Shown: positions 1 to 17,186, numbered from the stretch's first letter. The stretch: 64,000 nt of DNA from the human T2T-CHM13v2.0 reference genome, Homo sapiens (GCF_009914755.1 NC_060929.1); one strand, 5' to 3'. Translations and numbers: made by a program. The notes: generated from the letters alone by a model not told the origin.

Positions 1-157
<157 letters not shown>

Positions 158-455
158 TTAGCTATGAAGATCTGTGTATCATTAGAGCTAATAGTTTATA
201 TTTACACAACAAGTCTTAGGATAAGAGGCAAGAAGGAGAACAAAGCTTCAACTTTGACTTTCTGCCAGAGGAGAGTGAGCACAATATCTGGGGCACCTAA
301 GATGTAGCATGTTTCCGAAAGTGGGAGGTTTAGGACTGAGGCAAGAAAGGCTTAAAGGCAGTGACTTTGCTAAGCAGATGAAGCGTAGTTGTTAGGAGAT
401 GGCATCTGTGGGCTTTCTAAAGTCATTTAGTTGTTTATTGTTTTCTCATCTAACG

Positions 456-640
456 CACAGTTGTCTAATCTTTTGGCTTCCCTGGGCCACACTGGAAGAA
501 GAATTGTCTTGGACCAAACATAAAATACACTAACAGTAACAATAACTGATGAGCTAAAAAAAAAAAAAAAAAAAAAAAGTCCATGCATAATTTTTATGAT
601 ATCCGCCACCACAGATAAGCAAAAAAGTTCTCGTATTCAG
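456..640 (+). mobile_element. MER30-family hAT DNA transposon remnant
   Basis: aatcttttggcttccctgggccacactggaagaagaattgtcttgg...ctgatgagctaaaaa. Confidence 0.8.
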
Positions 641-916
641 ATGGATGGATGCCAGTGATCTAAAGGGTGATAGTCTGTATTGTGCCATTTAGTTCTGGAT
701 TATGTTTTGTCTTAATACTATGTCTGAATACCCTTTGGACTACATTACCTGTTTGAAAATAGCTGTTATGTGTTTTCTTTTTCATATAGCATTGGTCGAT
801 TTTTGTGTAAAACATGGAGTTTCTCCAACTTAAAGGGGAAAAAGTAAAAAATAAGTGAATAAATAAGTAATTCCACCCAGAGATTTTGAAGTGACTTGTG
901 CTGTCTGTTTTCATAG

Positions 917-1029
917 CTCTTCAGGAAGCTGCAGCAAGGTTTGAGGAATTAAAGGCCCAAAAAGAGCTAAGACAGCTGCAGGAAGACCGAAAGAATGACA
1001 AGAAGCCACCACCTTATAAACATATAAAG
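917..1029 (+). CDS. NSD1: NSD1 internal coding exon (113 nt; exon 17 in usual numbering)
   Basis: tcatag|CTCTTCAG...ATAAAG|gtgagg; translates (A)[37 protein letters not shown], in frame with next exon. Confidence 0.96.
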
Positions 1030-1152
1030 GTGAGGAGAAAATCTTGGGGGACCTTCTCTAGAAGAGAAATGGAATAGCTGGCTCTTCCCACTCTGTTCAT
1101 GACAAGAACGGAAGCACAAGCATAGTTCATTTTAGGTAGAGGTATGAGCTTA

Positions 1153-1442
<290 letters not shown>

Positions 1443-1650
1443 CTAGCGCATTGCCAGGATTCCCAGTGTCAGGAGAATTGATTTTAGGTGGACCTAACCT
1501 TTAACCTACCTAGTGAAATAGTCATCACCATTATCATCTGGGTCCAGTGGAGCCTTTGTATTTTAAACATTTTTATGTCATTTATATGAATAATTGACAG
1601 ACATAAAAATAAAGAGACAGTGGAGAACAAATGTATTAGAAATTTTAGTG

Positions 1651-1727
1651 TTATGTTGTTGCTAAAATAATTGCAGTTTTATCATTACTTTTAATGGCAA
1701 ACCTCAATTACTTTTGCACCAACCTAA
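1651..1727. mobile_element. MADE1 (Hsmar1-derived MITE)
   Basis: ttatgttgttgctaaaataattgcagtttt...caattacttttgcaccaacctaa; imperfect ~80-bp palindrome. Confidence 0.85.
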
Positions 1728-1868
1728 TATTTACTAAATCCTTTTTACAAACCTCTTTTTATCAGATAAGTTAGTTGCGATGCTCAAATATCATAAAACA
1801 TGAAAGAATATTGTTAGGCCTGTTGAGAAAAGGAGATTACCCAGGTTGTTCTTGTAAAACATCTTTGA

Positions 1869-4016
<2,148 letters not shown>

Positions 4017-4422
4017 TTTAAATTGTTACTTTAAATGTCATAAAATATCCATACCAAGATTAGATTAAAAAAAGAACAAAACGAAAAAAGTCATAAACTG
4101 TTAATCCTTACAAATGATTACAACTTCTGAAATTAAGAATTTCAAAACCTATAATTGGATCTAAATGAGTCTCACAATGTATGTGAAAATATATTCTTGG
4201 AACATAGTCGTTAGGCCTCAGAAATGGAAAATAATTCTATTCACATAGTCCTGAGGGTCAGATAACAGCAAGGTAGGCATTTTAGAGTTAACATATTAAC
4301 CATATTGAGCTACTGAGAGAGCAGTTTCCTGTGAGTGATCTCATCAAGAACTTAGAGGCCAACTTCTTTACTCCATTTTTTTTTTTTTTTTTAATAAACA
4401 TTTCCAGGAAAAGGATCTAGAG

Positions 4423-4745
4423 CAGGCATTGGCAAACTATGGTTCATGGGCAAATGTGGTCTACTGCCTATTCTTGTAATACTCTTGAACTACAGGTTGT
4501 TTTTGTATTTTTTAGTGATTGGCAAAAAAGAGATTTTGTGACACATAAAGATGATATGAAATTCAACTTTCAATCAGTATCCAGAAAATTTTATTGGAAT
4601 ACAGGCATGCTTCTTCATTTACATATTACATATGGCTGCTTTTATATTACAGTGGCAGAGTCGAGCTACATGTGGAGATCTATGGCCTGCAAAGCCTGAA
4701 GTATTTACTTTCTGACCCTTTACAGAAAAAGTTACTTAACTCCTG
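4423..4745 (+). mobile_element. MER58 (hAT-Charlie) DNA transposon
   Basis: caggcattggcaaactatgg...gaccctttacagaaaaagttacttaactcctg; 8-bp TSD ATCTAGAG/ATCTATAG. Confidence 0.85.
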
Positions 4746-6446
4746 ATCTATAGTGAGATTTACTTAGAATTACATATCCATGTCTTTGTTCTTAACCATG
4801 TGGGATTTGTTTTGGTTTGCTTTTGGTTTACGATGTGATAAGTACAAAACTTATTTTTGGATTAATAACAGGTTAGATCAGTTGATAAGAAACAATGATT
4901 AAAACATAAATTTTCCAGCCTGGGCAACATAGCAAAACCCAGTCTCTACAAAAAATACAAAGAAAAAAAAAAATTTGGGGTGCCTGTTGTCCCAGCTACC
5001 TGAATCACCTGAGCCTGGAAAGTCAACGCTGCAGTGAGCTGTGATTGCACTACTGCACTCCAGTCTGGGGGACAGAGTAAGACCCTGTCTCAAAACAAAA
5101 ACAAATATATATTTGTAGAGAGAAAAGAAGTAGCATGAACCTTTATGTGTATTTGGGAAGGGTTCAAGTAAAAATATTTCGAATCAGAAGTGAATGTTCA
5201 AATGCCCTATTCAGGACTTGTAGTCTTGGGTGACTGAGATTAGCTGTTGTTGTCTGTCCCCTTAGAATTTGCCTTAGACATTGTAAGCCTTATGCCTTAT
5301 GGCTTCCAGTTGCATGTGTTGGGGATATTTCTCCATTAGCAAGAAGTTTCCAAACCTTACCAGTGTTTTGATGAATCTAGGAACAGATCTGGCAGTGAGA
5401 CCTACATCCATTTTCCCCACGGACAGCATCTTGCTGGAGTGTCTTGCAGGTCTATACGATCCTCCCACTGCAGCTTCCTGAGTAGCTGGAACCTCAAGCA
5501 CTTGCCACCATGCCCGGCTAAGCTTTATAATTTTTTTGTAGACATAGGGTTTCATTGTGTTGCCTGGTCTGGTCTTGAACTTCTGGGCTCAAACAATCCT
5601 CCAGTCTCAGCCTCCGAAAGTGCTGGGATTACAGATGTGAGCCACTGCACCTGGCCTCCTCCTGTTAAATGTTGATAGAAAAATGGTTTGATGGCAGCAT
5701 ATATCCAGATTGTAGATTTCATAATATTAAAGGGGAGTGGGCAAATAATAAAATGCAAGAAATGAAAGCATTTGAAAATTTAGAGGACAGAAATGACTTT
5801 TAAGTAAGTGATTTTAGGTGTACTGGAATGAGTAATCTAGAATATTTGATATGAGAGAAACAATCATAAGGGCATTATATAAGAAAGGAAGAAAGAATTT
5901 AATATGTCTACCATGTTTAAGAGGCAGCTAGGTGCTGTACTATACATATATTTCTTATTCTTACAATAGTCTTGCAAGTAATTTATTCAAAATCACACAG
6001 TTCCTGAACAGTCAAAATTTTTTGTGCGGTTTGTGTCTTAGAAGACTAAATTTGACTGTTCCCACTGAAATAATATGAAATGAGGGGAGATACATTCTCA
6101 TGCACAAATCCATTATTGTACTGGAACATCTATTGTCTTTCCTTATTGTTGCTAGTATTTGTTAAAACCTCTACATTAATGGCTTTGGTGTCACAATAAC
6201 TGTTTGACCTTCATGTTTTAACTCACCAAACTTTCACTGTGTTTTTGAGCACTAGCACCACTTCTAAATTAATCCATGAGTGACATTGCTATAGTCCTTT
6301 TAAAAGATTTTAAATTATAAGCTGGGTGTGGTGATACCTGCCTGTAGTCCCAACTACTTGTGAGGCTGATGCAGGAAGCATAGAGGAACTCAAATTACAC
6401 ACAGATGATTTCATGCCATTTATTTGCCACTTAAGAACAGTGCTTT

Positions 6447-6758
6447 TGCCAGGTGTGGTGGCTCACACCTATAATCCCAGCACTTTCAGAGACCGAGGCG
6501 GGCAGATCACCTGAGGTCAGGAGATCACAAGGTCAGGAGATCGAGACCAGCCTGGCCAACATAGTGAAACTCCATCTTTCCTAAAAATACAAAAATTAGC
6601 CGGGCTTGGTGGTGTGTGCCTATAGTCCCAGCTACCTGGGAGGCTGAGGCAGTAGAATGGCTAGAACCCAGGAGGCAGAGGTTGCAGTCAGCCAAGATCC
6701 CGCCACTGCACTGCAGCCTGGGCAACAGAGCTAGACTCCCTCTCAAAAAAAGGAAGGA
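6447..6758 (+). mobile_element. Alu (sense) with internal duplication
   Basis: Full dimer; gatcac..aggtcagga occurs twice at 6505-6538. Confidence 0.9.
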
Positions 6759-6853
6759 AGAATAATGCCTATTTTTTTGTAGCAGCAAATGTGACACCAA
6801 CATGTGGCAATAGCAGAAACCTAGTTTATAGTTCACCTGGCTTATCAGCTTTG

Positions 6854-6857
<4 letters not shown>

Positions 6858-6886
<29 letters not shown>

Positions 6887-7616
6887 GAGACGGAGTCTCG
6901 CCCTGTCACCCAGGCTGGAGTGCAGTCACGCGATCTCTGCAAGCTCCGCTGCCTCCCAGTTTCACACCATTCTCCTGCCTCAGCCTCCTGAGTAGCTGGG
7001 ACTACAGGTGCCCGCCACCACGCCTGGCTAATTTTTTTGTATTTTTAGTAGAGACGGGGTTTCACCGTGTTAGCCAGGATGGTCTTGATTTCCTGACCTC
7101 GTGATCCACCTGCCTCGGCCTCCCAAAGTGCTGGGATTACAGGTGTGAGCCACCAGGCGCGGCTGAAATTATTTTTTAAAATGAATTTCAAAAAAATTTT
7201 TAAAGTTCATATTTTATTTTATTTTATTTTATTTTATTTTATTTTATTTTTTGTGACCGAGAGACCGAGTCTCACTCTGTTGCCCAGGCTGGAGTGCAGT
7301 GGCACGACCTAGGCTCACTGCAAGCTCAGCCTCCCAAGTAGCTGGGACTACAGGCGCCCACCACCACACCTGTCTAATTTTTTGTATTTTTAGTAGAGAC
7401 GGGGTTTCACCGTGTTAGCCAGGATGGTCTCAATCTCCTGACCTCGTAATCCACCTGCCTCGGCCTCCCAAAGTGCTGGGATTACAGGCGTGAGCCACCG
7501 TACCTGGCTCGTATTTTATTTTTTTGAGATGGAATCTCAACATATCGGCCAGGCTGGAGTGCAGTGGTGAAATCTTGTCTCACTGCAACCTCCGCCTCCT
7601 GGGTTCAAGCAATTCT
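6858..7616 (-). mobile_element. Three tandem antisense Alus (6858-7164 AluY-like, 7212-7509, 7513-7616 partial)
   Basis: T-run and (TTTTA)n tails; ccgtgttagccaggatggtct diagnostic of young subfamilies. Confidence 0.9.
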
Positions 7617-7797
7617 TGTGGAGTTCATATTTTGTATGTCAAGTGAGGCTCTGTTTTTATATGAAACTAAGTGTTGATAGTTCAAAATCATGGGAAATGT
7701 GGCTGCAACTTCAAGGAAAAAAAGTTTGCCTTTTTCAGGACGTGAATTGTCTTCTGCTGACTTGTTTTATGCGGTGTACTTTGTGTTACTTTTCCAG

Positions 7798-8067
7798 GTA
7801 AACCGTCCTATTGGCAGGGTACAGATCTTCACTGCAGACTTATCTGAAATACCCCGTTGCAACTGTAAAGCTACTGATGAGAACCCCTGTGGGATAGACT
7901 CTGAATGCATCAACCGCATGCTGCTCTATGAGTGCCACCCCACAGTGTGTCCTGCCGGAGGGCGCTGTCAAAACCAGTGCTTTTCCAAGCGCCAATATCC
8001 AGAGGTTGAAATTTTCCGCACATTACAGCGGGGTTGGGGTCTACGGACAAAAACAGATATTAAAAAG
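7798..8067 (+). CDS. NSD1: NSD1 exon, AWS domain and start of SET (270 nt)
   Basis: ttccag|GTAAAC...AAAAAG|gttaga; VNRPIGRVQ...[20 protein letters not shown]...[13 protein letters not shown]. Confidence 0.98.
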
Positions 8068-9698
8068 GTTAGAAAAAGCTAAATTACCATATACTTTCTC
8101 CTCTTTGCAGTTGCTTGATATCATTGATCCTTGACATTAGAAAATTCATCATAGAAGAAAATAACACAGTTAATAATTAACCTTATTGTTGTGTCTTGCC
8201 ATATCCTTCTACCGTTTAGAGGCTTACGAATGGATGGTTTTGATCTCCCAAGTCCTTTGTATTGATCATGGTCACTGTGTAGGAGGTTGGAAAAAATGGG
8301 ACATTCATAGAGATGCTATGGCTTTGTTTGCTTTTTTGTGAATATCCTACAGCTGGTAATTAAGAGAGATGACAGTGAGCACATGATACAGAGACATTGA
8401 TCCACCTACTAATAAAACATTTTTAGTGAGGAAAAAACAGGTCTGGCTTCATGAAACATGAAGGATAAGAAGGTTAAGCCTTATTGGATGAAAATGCAGT
8501 CATGTCTTCAACTTAAAACTTGGCAGGATCTCTAAGTTTCTAATAAATAAATAATATTGTATAGTCTTTTTTTTTTTTTTTAATAAAATAAGCCTTATTC
8601 TGGTTACATTTTCTGAAGAATTTTATTGGTTTCCAGGAAATGTAGTGTATATGGGTTGGCGTTTAGTCATTTGCTAAGTAGTTATTTTTATATTTACTGT
8701 ATGTGCCAGGTATTGTGCTGGGGATGCACTAACCAAGACGAGAGATATGGCCTATACTTTCATAAAATTTACATTTCGGAGGGAGAGAAATATTGAACAA
8801 ATCATCTCCCAGTGTGAAAGTATAAAGGGCTCTAGAGATGTGTGACAAAGGAACTGAAACTAGTTTGTCTCTGATGATATTATATTTTATTTTATTTATT
8901 TTTTGAGAGAGGGTCTCACTCTGTCGCCCAAACTGGAGCGCACTGGTGCCATCTCCGCTCACTGCAACCTTCAACTTCCAGGCTCAAGTGATCCTCCCAT
9001 CTCAGCCTCCTGAGTAGCAGGGACTACAGGCTCGCATCACCACGCCTGGCTAATTTTTGTATTTTTTGTGGAGGTGAGGTCTAACCATGTTGCCCAGGCT
9101 GGACTTAAACTCCTGGGCTCAAATTATCCTCCCAGAGTGTTGGGTTTACAGGCATGAGCCATCACTCTTGACTTGTGAGGCTATTTTAAATTGAGACTTG
9201 AAATATAAGTAGCTGTTGACCCAGGCAAGGTGCATTAAAGCCCTGCAGGTTAGGAGTGAACACGTGTGAAAAGCCAGAGTGACTGTAGCATAATGAATAG
9301 GGAGGATGGTACTTTGAAATATAGAGCAGAGCAAGCACCAAGGAAGATGAACATAGTTTATTTGGGGAAGCCAATTCTCGGGCTCTGGGGCAGGTAGAGA
9401 TTGGCCATCCATCTCTCTTTATAAGGACGCTCTAGTTTACTTACTAATCTTCCATTCTGGAGGATCTTTAGTATCCAGTGTATCCTAATCTTTCTGCTGC
9501 TGACAGTGGTAGGAGTAAGGAGGTGTTTCTCATTATCAAATAGTTGGGGATCGTAAAGTAATTATGTGTGCCTAAAATTATACTCATGTAATCTGCTTTG
9601 TAGAATGTGATGTTTTCATTAATTTTTTAAAAAAATGTATACATTTGGATACCAGTGTCCTTTTTTGCCATTAAGTCAGGAGGTATTTCTTGTTCTAG

Positions 9699-9815
9699 GG
9701 TGAATTTGTGAATGAGTATGTGGGTGAGCTTATAGATGAAGAAGAATGCAGAGCTCGAATTCGCTATGCTCAAGAACATGATATCACTAATTTCTATATG
9801 CTCACCCTAGACAAA
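9699..9815 (+). CDS. NSD1: NSD1 exon, SET domain (117 nt)
   Basis: ttctag|GGTGAA...GACAAA|gtaagt; [39 protein letters not shown]. Confidence 0.98.
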
Positions 9816-10196
9816 GTAAGTAATGGGAAATGCTGTTTTCACTGTTACAAGATTGTAAATTTGTGTTGTCCCAGCCATAGTATTTGTAGGCATGTAACGC
9901 AGTTCCCAAGGTAGGGTCTTTTCCCATACCCATTGGGATTGCTGGATTGGGGTTCTGGAGTAGGTAAGAGTGCTCATTTTCTGGGTATTCATGGCCAGAG
10001 GCAATACAGCAGCTTTTAGCATTGTTTTTGAACAATTCAATGAAAATTGGAGCTTATATCTTTGAGTATTTTTTCTACAGGATTACAAGTTTGAACTCAG
10101 AAAAGTACATAATTCTTTTTTATTTTATTTTACAGTTGAGAAAATTGTTAAATATTTAATTATTTTACTGATAAGATTATGTAAATTTTTTTTTAA

Positions 10197-10424
<228 letters not shown>

Positions 10425-10702
10425 TGATCTGCCTGCCTCGGACTCCCAAAGTGCTGGGATTACAGGCATGAGCCACCGCACCTGGCCTTAGTTTTTATAA
10501 TAAAACCCTTTCTTGGTATTTACCTTTGTAAACATTTCTCAAATTGTGCACTAGGATTTGTGAGATCTTCACTTCCAGATATTCTGATCTTACTTTGGGA
10601 TTGGGACTCCGCATTAGTATTTAAATCTCCTTAGGTGATTTCTAATGTGCATCTGGGTTGAAACTACCTAAATAGAAAGTGGGACAAGCTGCTATTTGTA
10701 GG

Positions 10703-10884
10703 GCAGTGGTCCTCAAACTTCAATGTAGTCAGAAACCCCTGGCAGCCTTGTTATATATAACGCAGAATGCTGCACCCCAGAGTCTCTGCTTTAGTGTATT
10801 TGAAGCACAACCCAGGAATTTGCATGTCTAACAAATTGCCAAATGGTGATGGTGCTGGTCCAGGGATCACACTTTGAGAACCAA
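10703..10884 (+). mobile_element. MER5A DNA transposon
   Basis: cagtggtcctcaaactt...ggaatttgcatgtctaacaa...gctggtccagggatcacactttgagaacca. Confidence 0.75.
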
Positions 10885-11020
10885 AGTTCTTTGGGATCTT
10901 TTCTCTGAGAGGTTCAGTCTTTACAAATAGAAACTCCAACTTATTAGAGAGAATAGTCAAATTTTAATCCACAGCAGAGGTCTCAGGAAGTCTGATGTGT
11001 AGCTTCTTTTGGAATTCTAG

Positions 11021-11162
11021 GACCGAATCATTGATGCTGGTCCCAAAGGAAACTATGCTCGGTTCATGAATCATTGCTGCCAGCCCAACTGTGAAACACA
11101 GAAGTGGTCTGTGAATGGAGATACCCGTGTAGGCCTTTTTGCACTAAGTGACATTAAAGCAG
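11021..11162 (+). CDS. NSD1: NSD1 exon, SET domain with RFMNHCC motif (142 nt)
   Basis: ttctag|GACCGA...AAGCAG|gtaaga; [47 protein letters not shown]. Confidence 0.98.
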
Positions 11163-11234
11163 GTAAGAATCATTTCAGGATTCTGCAGCTGACATCTGAA
11201 TTTCAGGGCTTTTGTTTTTTACAAACAGCTTCCT

Positions 11235-11510
11235 CAGATTATAATTTTAAACATTTCTATATGTACCGTTCTCTGGAATTAAGTTCATTTACATTTTTGT
11301 GCAACCATCACCACCATCCGTCTCCAGAACTCTTTTCATCTTCCCCTGCTAAAACTCTATACCTACTAAACACTAAGTCCCCATTCTTCTTTTTCTTCAC
11401 AGCCCCTGGCAACTACCATTCTACTTTCTGTCTCTGAATTTGACTACTATATGTACTTCATATAAATGGACAATATTTGTCCTTTTCTGACCACCTCATT
11501 TCATTCATTC
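11235..11510 (-). mobile_element. Old L1 (L1M) 3' fragment
   Basis: cagcccctggcaactaccattctactttctgtctctgaatttgactact. Confidence 0.75.
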
Positions 11511-12631
11511 ATTGATTCATTTTTAATGTTTAGGGACAGAGCATTGCTCTGTTGCCCAGGCTGCACTACAGTGGCACCATCACAGTTCACTGCAGCCTCA
11601 AACTGGGCTCAAGCAATCCTGCTGCCTCAGCCTCCTGAGTAGCTAGGGCTATAGGCACATGTCCCCATTCCCAGGTTTTTTGTTTTTTGTTTTTTTTTTG
11701 TAGAGACGGAGTCTTGCCGCTATGTTGCCAAGGCTGGTCTGGAACTCCTGGGCTCAAGTGATCCTCCTGCCTCAGCCTCCCAAGTGCTGGGATTACAGGC
11801 ATGAGCCACCTCGCTTAGCTTGGCTCATTTCTTTTAGCACAGTGTCTTCGGAACATGGATGGTTTTAATGGAACAAATTTTCACATTCATATGAACTTAC
11901 CACTAATAGGTTTGCTTTAGAAACTACTAGCTCTTCAGTCTCCTTTCTCACCTTCCTGAAGTTGCTCTTCTTCCACTTTATAAACCAAAGATTGATCTCT
12001 CACTCTTCCATATCTTATGGGTTATGGACCCAAGGCTATTTTAAAAATAAACCACTGGGTGTGGTGGTATATGCCTGTAGTCTCGGTTATTCAGGAGGCT
12101 GAGGCCAGAAATCGCTTGAGTTCAGGAGTTTGAGAAGCAGCCTGGGTAGTATCGTGAGAACTCTGACTCTTAAAAACACACACACAAAACAACAAAAACC
12201 TCTCAACCTCTAGGATGTCAAAGAACAGGATCTTTGGAGAATTCACTGCTCTGTCATGGCTCACCTGGGTGCTTGTCTCTCTAACGGGGTAGCGAGATGG
12301 TTGTAACCAGGACAAATAGTAAGAAGCTAATTTGAATCGAAAGTAAATCTGGTATGGCTGAGTGGTTTGACAGTAAAGTTATGTGGTAGATATTTTCCAT
12401 AAATTAAAGGATCTTAATCTATAGCTTCAAGGTTTTGATACAATTATTTTAAACATATATACCTATGCATGTAACACCCTCCAAATTGCATGCTTTTTTA
12501 AGTATTAAAATTTGTGGCTGGGCGCGATGGTTCACGCCTGTAATCCCAGCACTTTGGGAGGCCAACACGGGCAGATCACGAGGTCAGGAGATCGAGACCA
12601 TCCTGGCTAACATGGTGAAACCCCATCTCTA

Positions 12632-12871
<240 letters not shown>

Positions 12872-13028
12872 TCAAATGTAGTTTTGCAAGGATATGAGCA
12901 AAACAGTTAAAATCAGCCTCTTATACTCAAACTGGGATAGAACTGGCCTAGGTAGTCTGTAATATACAGTAATATAGTCTAATTACTGTTGAAGCAGAAT
13001 CCCATTTGAATGTTCTGGAAGACCTTAG

Positions 13029-13310
<282 letters not shown>

Positions 13311-16053
13311 TAGTAGAGACTCCTGACCTCAAGTGATCCGCCTACCTCGGCCTCCCAAAGTGCTAGAATTACAGGCATGAGCCACCGCGCCCGGCCTGTG
13401 TTTTAAATTTAATCTATGGGACTTCTCACACTCAGTGTACTTTTTTCTCTACAATTTAAATGTGTTGTCCAGGAGTCTTTCAGACTTTTTAGGTTGTGAC
13501 AATTTTTAGATTTTAAAATTTGAGCCACTAGTTACTTTCGGGTTTTGCGTTTGTTTCTCATAATGTTTTACATGATGACACCAAGGACACTTGAGCATCA
13601 CTGTGCACTGCACTCTGCTTATTTGAGACTGGTTTTTAGTTGCAGATTTATTTCAAGTTTTTGGAATGGGTGGTTTCAGAGTATATTGTTTAGATTTCTA
13701 CTTTGTAACAGGAGTAATTCAATAAATGATACGGAATACCAGATACGATTCTAAGCATATTATCTCATTTAAGCCTTGCAAAAGTGCTGTAAAGTAGATG
13801 ATATTATACCTATGTTACTTTTATCCTTGGATGTCACACCTCTCTCATTCTTTTCTCCCTTTTTCTCTCTAATCGCCCCAGGGGTGGAGAGGTTCCTCTA
13901 TATTAAATCAATATAAATATAGTTCCTCTATAATAAATCAGTCACATGATTTAGTTCTACTATGTCTGCTGAGTGCTGATAGTCCCATTCTTCTACTTAG
14001 AACCTGCAGTTCATGTCCATGGGGATGCCCTCCTCTGCCATGTCTAGCCACAAATTTCTCTTCTTTTTTTCCTGTGTTCATCAGCTCAGGTAGCTTGGTG
14101 TTGAAATTCTCAGACTCTTCCTCTCCTCACTTGACTTTCAGTCTGCATAGGTTCAGGATGGGGAAAATGAGACAGGATGTGCTAAGGGACAGGCAGAGTG
14201 CCTATCAGAGCTGAGGCCTTCATTCAACTTCCTGGGCCCTTCACATACCTGCAACTTACTGTCTCCCAAGTGTCCCATCCCTACTCTTGTTTATCTCTTC
14301 TCTCATGCTCTTTGCCATGCCCAGTAACTGAAGATCCATCAATGATTGCTGCATATTGAACTCTTTTCTAGAATGGTATCACTGTTTAGTTTATGAGCAC
14401 TGATACTTTCTGATTTAATTTAGCCTCTCTGTGATTACACTTACATAGTATATGTTCAGTGAGCAGCAAGTTATGACAAGTATCCTGCTTTCTTTTATTT
14501 GTGTATAAGGTACAGTTGTATTATAAGCACATCGTATCTATAAAATTTTAGTTATCTATCCATAAATCTTTTATTAAGAAAAAGACAGTGTGGGGCTGGG
14601 CGCAGTGGCTCACGCCTATAATCCCAACACTTTGGGAGGCCAAGGTGGGAGGATCACTTCAGGAGTTTGAGACCAGCATGGCTAACATGGTGAAACACCG
14701 TCTCTACTAAAAATACAAAAACTAGCTGGGCGTGGTGGCAGGCGCCTGTAATCCCAGCTACTCAGGAGGCTGAAGCAGGAGAATAGCTTGAACCCAGGAG
14801 GCAGAGGCTGCAGTGAGCCGGGATCTCACCACCTTACTCCAGCCTGGGCAACAGAGTGAGACTCCGTCTCAAAGAAAGAAAAAGAAAAAAGAAAAAAAAA
14901 CAGTGTGAATAGAACCACGAAAGATTCAATCCAGTTAAGTTCAGGCATGAGATGGGAAACATGACCCTCCCGTTAACATTGGTGAGTCTCACTCAGTTCC
15001 TGCAAGCTCCTTATGGCATGAGCCTCATCAGGCCGTGGATAATTCTGCTACTCCTACAGCATGACCCTAACGTAGCTGCTGGTATTGTGAACATACTTGA
15101 TAAAGAAATAGTGATAAGAATGATTTCCTTTAACATTCGATGAAAAACTATGTATAGCAGTCTCAGTGATAAAAGGCATGTCAGTCTGCAAAGGGAAATC
15201 TTCCTAAGAATTGACAGTTTTTAATATGAATGATGGTTACCTTATACATTAACTGTAAACATTACCCCTGTGATAGGCAACCTCTTCACATATTTATGTA
15301 AAATTCTTATATTTGGTAGGCCTCCCATAACTGGCTTTTAGTTATGAGTTTTGAGTTTGAATGTTTATTTCCTCTCACAGTTTTGGTGAAATGGACCTTT
15401 GACAGAAAGAGAGAAAGAGGACAGTTTGCCTGTTAATTTGAGTACCTTTTTTTAAAGTTTACACGTTACTGCTATGTGCATTTTGTCATATTGTCTCAAT
15501 AAGCTTGTCAGATTTCTCCATTTTAAAATGGGCTGCTCAGGATTCAGATTACCCTGCTAAGTCTGTGACGTAGCTGGATCTACAACCAGTCTGTAATCTA
15601 CAGATTTCTAGTGTTATTCTGTACTGAGATGCCTCTCCAGAGTGCTGCCAGGTAACATGTGTTCACCTGAGAACAGACAAACAGGTTTTCCTCATACTTG
15701 TATTCCCAGGGCCTGACACATTGATAAGTTGTTTTTTGTTTGTTTTGGTAATGAATTAACATATTTTGAATCTGAATGGTTAATAAACAAATGAAAAACA
15801 ACTTGAGGTAATTAACACCTCTGGAGGAAGAGTTATCTTAAATATTACTTGTTAAGCCATTTAAGTTTTCTCTGTTAAATTGTATTACCTGATTATTAAT
15901 GTTATAAGATTAGAATTAATTAAAATATAGGATTAGAGCTAAATTCTTTTTAAAATTAATCTGTTCTCTTGGGAGTTGGTATCCTTTGTAATTAATACAG
16001 AAATAATGTAATTAAAACCATAGATATTAATATTTTCACGGTCTCTTATGCAG

Positions 16054-16160
16054 GCACTGAACTTACCTTCAACTACAACCTAGAATGTCTTGGGAATGGA
16101 AAGACTGTTTGCAAATGTGGAGCCCCGAACTGCAGTGGCTTCTTGGGTGTAAGGCCAAAG
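16054..16160 (+). CDS. NSD1: NSD1 exon, end of SET and post-SET (107 nt)
   Basis: atgcag|GCACTG...CCAAAG|gtacca; (G)[35 protein letters not shown]. Confidence 0.98.
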
Positions 16161-16449
16161 GTACCACCCTTCTAGACTTCTGCTTTGGGATTAGTGGTGC
16201 GGTCCTCCCTCCCTAACAGTGTTAGGGCAGTCTACATTTTAAGAAGAAATCTCTTTGAAATTAATGACATTCAGCCAGGCATGGTGGCTCATGCCTGTAA
16301 TCCCAGCACTTTGGGAGGCTGAGGTGGGCGGATCACCTGAGGTCAGGAGTTCGAGACCAGCCTGGCCAACATGATGAAACCCCATCTCTAATAAGAATAG
16401 AAAAATTAGCTGGGCCGTGGTGGCATGTGCTTGTAGTCCCAGCTACTCA

Positions 16450-16632
<183 letters not shown>

Positions 16633-17015
16633 TCAATTATATAAGAGGTTTTTGGGGATATTGTTGAAGTGTTTTGGGCCATCTGACTTTAATTGGTGCT
16701 ACTTTTCTAACTAATAATGCTGTGAAATAGGACCTTATAAAGAAGGTTAGTTACCTCCCTCGTCTTGATCTCACATCTCCTAATAAGCCATATAGATTCT
16801 TGGTATATCTGTGTCTGTCCCTGTCTTTCTCTCACTTTCTCTTTCTGAAGATACCAAAAAATCTGCAGTTTAAGCTTCTAAATGTAGCATAACATCATAG
16901 ATAAAAGTAGAACTCTTAATCTCACCATTATAAAAAAGTATAAGCATTGTTGTGTCTTCCTGTTTTTTTAGTATGCACTTTCTGAATAATTGAATTCTAA
17001 TTCTGTAACTGTTAA

Positions 17016-17186
<171 letters not shown>

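Noticed and set aside
5280-5435. Possible intronic snoRNA or cryptic exon in NSD1
   Set aside because: A TGATGA is present but I found no convincing D box with terminal stem or paired splice sites
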